The position numbers and the translations under genes were made by a program. From Styela clava (taxonomy: Eukaryota), in NCBI RefSeq assembly GCF_964204865.1, contig NC_135252.1, forward strand, positions 2,170,001 through 2,234,000: 64,000 nucleotides of DNA. The letters are read 5' to 3'. The notes under the pieces are model-generated. The model worked only from the letters and a program-made list of their open reading frames with translations. It ran no database searches and was not told the DNA's origin. Every line of letters begins with the position of its first letter. Positions within the stretch are counted from its first letter, which is position 1. Of the stretch, positions 42,882 through 54,033 are shown in pieces.

Positions 42882-44540
42882 CAGTGGCGGCGCGTGGTCA
42901 TTTTGACAACCAAGGCAAGCTACTGCGGGACCAAGTCACCCCCATCTATGGGGACAGGATGAGCGCTGTAAGTTCTCCCATCATTTTATGAGTATAAAAA
43001 CCATTCCAGCGGTAACAACCAATCGGCAAAAGCGACAATTTTTAACGATAAGAAAGTGTCTTTAAAACCGGTCCAAGTCAAGGGATTAATAAATATAGAC
43101 ATAGTTTATTTTGAAACCTCTTTCAAAAGGAAAGGCAATATTTACCCAGATAAATACAATGACATATTAACAGAAACTTCGGGAAAGCAGACAAAACCTA
43201 AAATAAGGTTTAAAACGTTACTATGAAAAACGGAAAGGTAATGCAAAGATAAGGACATGCGTCGCTCACTCATAGATATATATGCTGCTAGACTTCTACT
43301 GCTTGAACATATATGCAACACGCCGCGGTTTCTTGGAAGCAAAATGCTCAATAACGCGCTGATTAAAGTCATGCATCCCAGAAATAACGTCTCTGTGAAT
43401 GGATAAAACAGTCAAGGAATTTAATCTATCTTACTTCATTATGTTTCTGAGATACGTCGTCAAAATGATGTCCAGAACTTTTGCAGACGCCGCAAAGGTA
43501 GTTACTAGAGTGTTATCTATGAGGAACCCATAGAGCGCGCAAGTTGATGTGATGTTTAAAAAAGTTTGATTGGTGTATATACAACGCAATTCATTTTCCA
43601 ATTTACCCACGTTTATCATGGGGTAAAATTTGGAGACAGTAGCCAACAAATGGATGGGAAATTGACGTGCAAATTTTGAAAAATTTTTGGGGTTCATCAA
43701 AGAGAACGCGGCAAGGTTTTCAGTGCGCGGACGATCGCCTATTTGATTCACCAGAATGTCACAGCATTCCTTTGCAGACAAAATCAAACGCTGCGTTGTT
43801 TGCCCGCGGCGTAAGGAAGCACTCCATGTGTCATCATATTTTATTGTTTCCCGGATACGAGATACAGCATCGCAGAAGTCTGAAATACACGACTGCACAG
43901 ACGCTCCATCCATTAGCCTTGACTGCAATGCGCCGTATAATACATCCACGTGATAGAATATTGTGGAGAAAAAAGCGAGAAAAAATGAAAACTAACCATC
44001 TTCTAGCAGACGCTTTAGACTTGCCGTCTTCCTCACAGAGCGTTCGTCCCAAACCGGAGAGCTCAGAATGCCATTGAAACACTCAATGAGCTCAGACCTA
44101 ATTTTGGACACGCCCTGCACCACGCGTGATTGGAAGTTCCAACGTGTTGGTGCACAAGCTGGGAGACGGCGGCTACATATCTGGCGAAGGAGGTCAGAGC
44201 GCTTCGGCGAAACGGAAAAAAATGAAGAAAACCCCGAAACATTTGCAAAAAATATACGGACGAGAGGGGTATCAAGACACATACTTTTAATAACGAGGTT
44301 AAATTGGTGTGCATGAAAATGTAAAAAATGCGCATGAGGAAAATCTTCTTTTATATAAACTTGAACACCATGTTTCGACCCACTCATGACTGCCGCGCCG
44401 GCATAAGTTTGAGCTATCAATTTTGACTTCGCGTTGTAAGGCTGTAACGCTTCTTTCAGTACAGCCGATATCCCACAAGCCGTGCGATCGACGATTGGTA
44501 CAAAGCTGTGAAATCTCTCGGTAGGTTTACCATCGCCCAA
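42882..44540 (-). mobile_element. 5'-truncated hAT (Ac-family, ZMYM1-like) transposase element at the duplication junction
   Basis: TIR-like CAGTGGCGGCGCGTG at 42882. ORFs 43992-44540 (IAQTYAGAAVMSG..HFLHFHAHQFNLVI..SPKR..APTRWN) and 43431-43949 carry Ac-type transposase motifs. Confidence 0.88.
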
Positions 44541-45986
44541 GACGTTGTACCTCTAATTTTTGTTCCAGCGGCAGCTGCGAAAACGGAGTGCGAAGTAGTG
44601 CATCAACCTTATTCATTATGAGGTCTAAGGCTAAGAAATGCGAAGCCGGAAAGAAGTGAGGAGCTCAAAAGGAATGTGGAAAATCGAAAGCAAATGGACT
44701 AAAGGTCTCTAACTGATTCAAATAGCGAAACAAGCGACAAAAACGAAGGCGAGGAAACTATCAACTCTTCAAGCAACCAACGAACGAGAAGGAATGCGTG
44801 AATATGTCAACACGTTGTTGTAAGAAACGTCGGCATTGTGTCGTCATAATTTCGGAGCTAGCCCCGATGATTTAGTAAAAGAAACAGAAAACAAACGAGA
44901 CAAACGCGGCGAGTGGAAGATAAAAGAGAGAATACGATATACAATGAGCAACCGGGGCAAAATCGGCGTCGCCCCGTCGACGTTCGGCGAAGGCTTTGCG
45001 AGCGAAAAATGAACCATGTCGGGAGAATATGGTAGTGTAGACAGTCTGTGCAACCGATATTGAGGTATTTTTCGAATATTTTTTATTATACCGAAAAAAC
45101 AATAAATATATAAATAAATATATTTTAAAACGTGTGGACATGAAATGCATGAAAGAATATATGTCAAATATAAAAAATATTCCAGTGAACAAACACTAGC
45201 AAGAGATGTTGTAGTCATCATCAACTGTTATTAGGAAACGTTGCTCCATCGCCCCTGCAATGATCTGAAACAAAAAATACTTTATAAAATAATATTTTTG
45301 TTCTAAACCTTAAATCTTTCGAAAAAGGTTGATATCAGTATTTAGAATCTTTTTTTTATGGAGACTTGTATTACTGATTATAAATAAAACTGTAGTTCAA
45401 AAGTTTCATGGACATTTTGGTGTACTAGATTTTTGATGTTTCGTCATAAAGGCTTAAGTAATGAAATATTTAATATTCAACAACTCAAAAGCAATAGACG
45501 AATGTGTTTAGAAAAATGAACATTTGTATTTTCGATTCCACAGACTCGAATAGAAAGAAATTCGTTGAAAAACGCAGTGAATAAGTTTTACCTTGTTCCA
45601 TCTTTGCAGGTTGTAATTCAATTTCAAGTTTGTCGAAGCTCACCTTCAAATATAGTAATGATTTTAAAAACGAGATTGATCTCATTTATACTTAACTCAA
45701 GTCGAAGTGAATCTGGTACGATATACTGGGCCAGACATATTCCAGTCTATTTTACCTTCTGCTGGCCCTACGCCTATCTAATGATACATAGGGAGATATC
45801 TCGAGGAAAGAAACAAATTAATATGAGTTTGTACGCAAGTGTCCTAGTTCGCCCATAATTCATTAATTGTCTGTATCGATAGAAAAAAAAGTATATACAG
45901 TATATAAATCTGATTGTTGCACTGTCCCATGTATCGAATACCGTTATTTGTTATATCTGAGAGTTTGTTCTTTGCTATCGGATTTG

Positions 45987-48900
45987 CTACCTATTCTTCT
46001 TATCGGCTCTTTTCTCTCTTTGATACTGGACTAAATGCTTTGTTTTTCAATGTTAATTAATATTTAATTACCTTTAGATTCTCCAATTTAATTTGGGCAA
46101 CTGCCCCACACATTGCCGCCAATGTAATTTCCTGAGCAACATCCCTCTATAATGTAAAAATAAAAACATTTCTAGAGAACTAAATATTTCGCAGAATCTG
46201 AATAAATTAATGTTGATTATTATTTGATATATTTGTCGCTATTAACATTAAAAATAAATCATTCGAAATTTTAAATTATAAAATTTGTACAAACCAGTTC
46301 TTGATCGATCTTTAGATCTTTCCAAAGATTTTGTTTTTCAAATCTCTTCTCTTCTTCCTGATACAACAAATAAATTCAAACATCAAAACTGTATTATTTG
46401 GATAATATTTATAATGCACGATAATGATTACATAGATTGAATTTTGAATGATTTGAATTTTGTTACATTCACCGCTTAGATCATAGGTTCTCAAAGTGCT
46501 CCGTACGGAGCCCCAGGGCTCCGCGAGAGAAACCCAGGGGCTCCGCGAGCTATTCGATTACTCTTCAAAATACTGACTCAAAATTTTGTAACTGTTCAAA
46601 GAAGCAATAACAGCTTTGATAACATCTGACAACAATATAGCCTCGAAATATGGTAAAGGGCCGGAATTAAAAAATGACATTATTTATGAGCAGTAGCGCA
46701 GCCAGGATTCTCAAGAGGGAGGTGGTTCAAAATTGGAATCGGAAATTTCCGCGCAACATTTTTCGCGATTAAAAAAACGGATAACGAGATTTCTGTTGCG
46801 TAAAATATTCAATCCAAGACCGATGGAGCGTTTGACGTGTCTCGTCGGTATAATGTAGTTGTGCTCATCGTTACTCACGTTTGATTCGAGATTACTATTA
46901 GGATTACTAAAATGAAAGAATACTATTCTAAAATAACATAAAATATGTGATAAACTGCCATCTATAAATAAATTGGTGTCGTATTTTTGCGATCTTGGTA
47001 TTTGTCAAACTTGATTTGTTCTTTCGCACTTGAGATTATTTTTAAGCAAGATATCGCTGTTTAAAAAATCACAATGTCTGGGGAAAATACGAACAATTGA
47101 AAATTATTTTATTGCATTCAGCTCCGTCGGTAGTTTCAGAATGAAAAAAGGTACATCGCGGATCGCGCGCACCATTGATTGCGTGCGGCTGCGTCGGTAG
47201 TTTCAGAATGAAAAAAAAGGTAAATCGCGCGCACAATTGACTGTGTTTCGATTTCGCAGCTACTACGATGAAAACCTAACATAACACCAAATTTTGTGAT
47301 TTACAATGTCTATAGAAGCGTTTTCAATCTGAGGTGAGTCTGCTGAAACCAAAGTGTGATCTTCCATTTTAAGTTTCAGTTTAAATATTTTAGAATGCCG
47401 CTTTTCAATCAAGAAATTTGAGTTGTGGATTTACCTTTTCATTGATTATTATTTTTAGCATTTCGTCGCCGATGACTATAATATGGTAACATGTTTTTCA
47501 CATTGAACTCATAATTCCCCACGAGAACAAAAAAGCAATTAACGTCGTCATTGTGTAACAATACATGTATATGCCGAGGGAAATTTTTGATTTAGGGAGA
47601 ATAAACAGCGGCGTAAAGATGTTTAAAACACGCCATGCTGACGGAAAAAATCGGCGATTGTAACAAAATGAAATAGCGCACGTTACTAACGGCCTTTTAA
47701 TTGAGTCTTCCAAAAATGTCAAAAAAGAAAAGATTCAGCATTTAGAATAAATAAAGTACTTTTAACTTGTTCGGGAATAATAATCTGAAAGTAACAATTT
47801 TAAAATTTATTTTGGGGCTCCGCGAATAATATTCAACCTTTCAAGGGCTCCGCAACACCAAAAGTTTGAGAACCCCTGGTATAGAGCATAGGTTCTCAAA
47901 GTGCTCCGTACGGAGCCCCAGGGCTCCGCGAGAGAAACCCAGGGGCTCCGCTAGCTATTGGATTACTTTTCAAAGTACTGACTTGGCTAATTTAAAACTG
48001 TTCGTAGAAGCAATAACAGCTTTGATAAAATTTGACAACAAGATATCCTTGAAATATGGCAAAGTGGCGGAATTAAAAATGACAATATTTATAAGCAGGA
48101 GCGCAGCCAGAATTCTTTAGAGGGAGGAAGTTCAAAATTGGAATCGGAAATTTACGCGCAACATTCTTGGCGATTCAAAAAAAAAAAACGGATAACGAGA
48201 TTTCTGTTGCGTAAAATATTTAATTCATGATCGATGCGAGCATTTAAAGTGTCTTGTCGTAATAATTCAATTGTGCTCATCGTTACTCACGTTTGATCAG
48301 AGATTACTATTAGGATTGCTAAAAGGAAAAAATACTATTCTAAGATAACATAAACTGCGTGATAAACTGCCATCTATAAATAAATTGGAGTTGCATTTTT
48401 GCGATCTTGGGATATGTTAAACTTGATATCGCCGTTTGAAAAATCACAAGGGTTGGCAAAATACGAACGATTGAAATTTATTTTAGTGCATGCGACTCTG
48501 TCGGTAGTTTCAGAATGGAAAAATGGTACCTAGCGCGCATAATTAATTGACTGTGTTTCAATTTCGCAGTTACCACGATGAATAACCGAAGAAAACCTAA
48601 CATAACACCAAATTTTGTGATTTACAATGTCTATAAAAGCGTTTTTATTCTGACGTGAGTCTGCTGAAACAAAACTTATATACAAAACTTATCTTTCATT
48701 TTAAGTTTCAGTTCTAATATTTTAGAATGCCGCTTTTTAATCAAGAAGTTTGAATTGCGGATTTACCTCTTTATTAACTATTATTTTTTGCATTTCGTAG
48801 CCGATGATTATAATATGGGAACATCTTTTTTAAATTGATTTCATAATTTCCCACGAGAACGAAAAAGCAATTATCGTCGTCATTGTGGAACAATACATGT

Positions 48901-51900
48901 ATATGCCGAAGGGAATTTTTGATTTAGGGAGAATAAACATTGGCGTAAAGATGTTTGAGGTTTAAAAACACGCCATGCTGACGAAAACAATCGGAGATTG
49001 TAACAAAATACAATCGCGCACGTTATTAGCGGCCTTAAGTCTTCCAAAAATGTCAATAGGGGAAAAGATTCGACCACTAATTTAAAATTTACAGCTTTAG
49101 TCTCTTACAATTTATCTTTGAAAAAGGTTTAGTATTTAAATTGAGTAAAGTACGTTTAACTTACTCTGGAATATTAATCGGAAAGTAACAATTTTAACAT
49201 TTATTTTGGGGCTCCGTGAATAATAGTCAACATTTTCAAGGGCTCCGCAACACCAAAAGTTTGAGAACCCCTGGCTTAGATGACAAACATATAAATTACC
49301 TGTTTAATTGACGAAAAGGACAAAATTAGTAATCTATAAAAGACAAGTTTAAAAGAAGCGTGCATGGTTACAGCTCTCTCCAATAATCATGAATCAAACT
49401 GAAAATATTCCAGAATCATACCTGCTTCTGCATCTCAAACTGCTGCTTTGCATCTCTGTTTGATACGCAATCAATATCGCCAATACTCTAAAAGATAGTT
49501 TTGTGTATAAGATAATTAATGAAATAAATTGATTTCTTCAAAGAATATTTATTTTCGCAAATAGTCAATGCATAAATATACATACCGAAGATAGTGAAGA
49601 TATTTCACTCATGGTGCTATCCTGAGAAACACAAAATTGAAAACTGGAGTGAATTTATAACAGATGAAATTTACAAAATCCGTATACGCTAAATAATGCA
49701 AAGTATGCGCACAACGCGTTGAATTTTTGCACGAATGCACCTGCGTTTTTTTTATAAAATAACTGCTTCTAATTAGCTATTGAACACGATTAAAATAAAT
49801 ATGTTATATTTAATAGGTTTATTGGTCTAATGGTCTAATACAGGGGTGCACAACACGGGGCACGCGTGCCAAATTTGGCACGCCATACGCTCAAACATGG
49901 CACGCGAACTGTTTTGTAAAAAAAAAAAATTATTCATGATATACATTAAAATATCACGTTTATATCAAAATCAGCAGTTTTTCAGGACATTAAACTGTTT
50001 CAATAAATAGATATTCGTTATTATGTAATATTATTGAAATTTGTTTGTTTTACGGGAGGTAATGTCCAATACCAATGATTGTGCGCGGCACGCGACAAGA
50101 TTTTTTCGAAAAATTTGGCACGTGTCCTCATTTGAGTTGTGCACCCCTGGTCTAATAGGTCTAATTAAATATACATTTTCAATTTGTTCTGGTTTATTAA
50201 ATAATACGTCAATATGAATTGTGTGGTCTGAGATCTCAGGATAATCTAGAATATTGTGCATAAGGTTAAATACCCACCCAACTTGTTTGGAAATTCAATA
50301 CCAACAATATGCACTTACCATAGACAAGGACGATACATAAGTCAACGAATAATCCTGTTAAAATGAAAAACAATATAAAGTTTAGTATTAAAATTATCGA
50401 TGTAATTAATTTAATTGGAAATTTCTGCTCTTTTTATCTACCTATTTTCTACGCAGTTTTATAACCTTTTTGTTTTGCAGTGTCTCGGCCCATTTGGGCA
50501 CAAGGGGAAAAGTAGATTTTACAATAAGGAAAACAAAAATGTACATCATAGAGCAGATATGCTATTAAACGATACATGGACTACCTTCGTTCAAAAAAAA
50601 GCACATGATAAAATTACATATTATGAATACGTCCAATAGTTGGCATATAAACTTAATCTCTGCGTAACAAACAGCTAACTTCAATTAAAATGTTATATGA
50701 AAATATTATAACAAATCTTAAATATTATATTTCGTCAAACTATTCAGACTCTTTTCCATACCGTTGATATCGAAGAAATTTCCCATTGCATATCTTCATC
50801 CTGTTGCGAAATATGAATTAAAAATTAAAGCACTACAAATCATAATTGCAAATGAAAAATGATTGTCTGTCGGTAAATGTATTTATATTCGTATGTTATA
50901 AAGTAAATTATATTTTGAATTTATGGTATATTCTGCTTAATTATTAAAAAGAAACTTTTTCATAATATCTGCGATTTAGTCATCAAAGAGATAGAGAGAA
51001 ATATAATTTGTGTCTTCCATTTACTAGATAAAACTAAAAATCACAAATTTTAACTGTTAATTTTTTTTTTATATCTTTGGCTTCAAACAATAACTCTTTT
51101 AAAATATAATATAGAATGTTATGAAGGAAACTATTTGATGGACTATTTTCCTTCATCACCAATTAAAATGAAAGGAATCTCAACTGTAATAGACATAAAT
51201 AAAGAAAAAATATGGTCATTGGATACAAATAATATCAACACCACTAATTGCTTCATAAACAAAGCAATAATAAACAACAATATAAAGTTATTGACATATG
51301 GCAGAGTAGTAAAATTGTTGTAATGATAATACTAAGAGCCATCATTTTTTTAATCGCATTGGTATTTAAGATCTAATTATTGCAACCGGCACCGACCCAA
51401 AGCAAACAATGTCTCAATTTCCAGATCCTGGTAAAACAAGATTACCTTCTCGTAAAATGAATCCAGCGCTATATTTTCTGATCGATGAGATTGTGACCTT
51501 ATTTCTCCAAGATCATCAAAATTCTGGGAATTAATTTGTATAAATATATGTTGTTAAAGTTAACGTTAGTTCACCCAAGAGAATAAAACGTTACTATTAA
51601 ATGTCAATAAGATTTACATGAATATTACATTTTTTGGTGCTACTGAAGTATGCGCACCAAGATGTCGCACAACTTGAACCCGGTACTGGTACACAACCTG
51701 AATTCAGGTTGTGCGCCATCTTGGTGCGCATACTTCAGGAGGTTCCATTTTTTGTTTAAACCATGGTTAACAAAGGAATAAAGTAAAAATGTTGAAGCTT
51801 AAATGTATATCCGGTTGAATAATAATTGAATATTCTAGTTCGCTAAATAATTTTGCGCTATTTTCTTGCAATGGTCAACGACATCTGCTGCATATTTATT

Positions 51901-53518
51901 CAGAATAAATTTTATTGTAACAGAAAATAATCGTTGATGTATAAATGTGATTTTAATGATTTTACTCACGTCGTCCATTTTATTCCTGTTTGACTTCATG
52001 CCATTCTGAGTCTTTGAAAAGCATTTGGTAAATATCTGACAAATTAATAAGTACATTTATTACAAGCAAATGAAATATGAATTCCTATTTTTTCTGTGGT
52101 TTACCTTCATCTTTGAATTCAATCCCGTTAATTTTGTCTTGTTGTTTGTAACTTTTTTTATCTTACATTTTCCGGACAGACGTGTCCGTTTTTCGAAATT
52201 CTAAAAGAATGTAGCAATTGAGAGAAATGCGAAAGAAGAGCTTTTATCACAGGTAATTAGCGATAATGATAATTTTATGATGACTATAGTTTTCAGCACT
52301 TTCCATTGATGGAAAATTTACTGATGAATGACTTGGTGTCTTTGGTGTTGTTTTTAAACATTAAACATTTGAATCGACAAGTCATTTGTGGCAAACAGCG
52401 CTGCTGCGCAAGGGTTCAAGACTTTTTATGAAATAACGTCATTTATCCAATTATTACCTGCGCTCTGTACGAAGTGTCACAATTTTCTTGTGAGGTATAA
52501 TCATTGGTATCGAAACAATGAAGACAGTCCTAAAATACAACATACAAAAATAAAGAAGACGAGGATATCATTTGGTTTACACATAACAAAATTTATCTAA
52601 AGTGCCAGAATATTTCTAAATATGTCATTTTCAAATTTAACTTCCTAAATAATTTGCAGAAATGAAAGAGTTGGTTAATCCTTTTCTTTTTTACTCACCA
52701 TAACATTATTGATTTTTTTCATTTTTCTTCCAAACCAACTCGCAAATGCAACAATACAATGAATTGCATTTATGAAAGAAGACGATGTTTCCTCATTTTC
52801 TCCTCGTTTCTGGAAAAAAGGTCAATTACTTGAAACATTATTTGATAAGTATAGTCTTCAAAGATTGTGTCGATATGTTTCGGGAGGGGGGTACATCGGA
52901 CACTCAAATTTTGTTTACATTGCAACAGAATTTGTACATATATTACATATATCACAACTCGGAATGTTCAATGTATCATGATAAATTGTTCGAAAAGTGA
53001 TGCAATATATCTTCGGGATTTCATTATTTTTTTTAGTATCAATGATGAAGTCAAGTCAAACACTGAGAATACTTCTGATTCCGAATTTGTATAGTGATCG
53101 ACCCAAGGCAAAGTCGCTTGGCACGAACCATATACGCTGAACAAGAAGAATGACACGAGTAACCACTTGTTCAAATAAGAATCGAAACAGCGAGATGCAG
53201 ACGCTCCTAAGATGAAGTAAATAATTCAGCAAAGCTTATTGCACAAAGTTTCGGAGGCTAAATTTGTCAACAAAAAGAACAATCGCGTGCCCATGAAATT
53301 ATAACGGCCTTCACAGATAATTGATACACTTTTTCATTGTATAACCAACTTTTGAAACAGACAAATTGCACTATTCATTTGATAAAAAGTAGTTTCTCAC
53401 ATACTTGATTCCAACGTTTACGATTCTTACGACTCCGCCGTTTCCGTCCACATGAAATGCGATGGCCTCCATCTTCATCTGGCGGATCAATTACAACTTC
53501 CTGGTGATGAATATTCAT
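45987..53518 (-). CDS. Uncharacterised all-phase-0 short-exon gene, copy B, ~296 aa. Exons 53518-53405, 52809-52699, 52529-52458, 52200-52105, 52035-51970, 51523-51446, 50800-50762, 50354-50319, 49621-49586, 49487-49422, 46357-46295, 46146-46072, 46025-45987
   Basis: Exon lengths 114,111,72,96,66,78,39,36,36,66,63,75,39 nt, all AG/GT-bounded and open in phase 0. ATG in accATGa context; a TGACGTCA palindrome lies ~90 bp upstream. Confidence 0.72.
46482..49273. mobile_element. Head-to-tail dimer of a hAT (Buster-type) non-autonomous element (46482-47878 and 47887-49273)
   Basis: Each unit runs CATAGGTTCTCAAAGTG...AAGTTTGAGAACCCCTG. Outer TSD GCTTAGAT on both sides; 8-bp spacer GTATAGAG between units; empty site ccgcttagatgac at ~38692 in copy A. 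Confidence 0.92.
49841..50149. mobile_element. hAT MITE
   Basis: TIRs CAGGGGTGCACAAC / GTTGTGCACCCCTG; 8-bp TSD GTCTAATA; absent from copy A (~39235). Confidence 0.92.
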
Positions 53519-54033
53519 GGTAACAGTATCGTTAACCTTTCAATCCAACTGCTCGCTGTAAATGAATTTCTTGGATTTTAATGCAATTTACAAATATTGT
53601 TTGAATTGTGACGTCACAATCAATTACAAATGAAAATTCATTCAATAGGTTTCGAGAGTCTCATTGAGAAACTTTGCGAATTTGTGTAATATAATATGGT
53701 TATTGTTCGTAATGGTGAACGACAAATTTGAGAGAAAGTCGCCAAGATGACAAACAGAAACTTGTTGATATATTGCTACATATTGTAATGTAAACAAAAA
53801 TAGGTATATAGACAGATTTTGAAAGTAGCCTAATTCCCGACAGTCAATGTTCCATTTCCCTTTTGTGATGGAAAGTGATGTTTTTACATAAGACTACTTA
53901 TTTTGTATTCCACGCTATGTTGTTGTCGCTGAAAATATAGGCCCGAGTCAAACCTAGGGCTTGGAGTGTTGGTAATTTCAGGGTTATATCTATAATGTTT
54001 TGTGGCAAAATAATGTTTCAAGTCACACTAGAT

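Larger units (their letters stand above)
45110..53815. repeat. Tandem segmental duplication, copy B (with two extra hAT insertions)
   Basis: Colinear with 37203-42881 apart from insertions at 46482-49273 and 49841-50149. Confidence 0.95.

Noticed and set aside
45037-45044. gtagacag as the second TSD of the hAT element starting at 42882
   Set aside because: One mismatch to atagacag and no complementary TIR precedes it.
44540-45060. GC-richer stretch between the hAT transposase and duplicate copy B
   Set aside because: Probably a fragment of another repeat, but no termini or protein motif could be supported.
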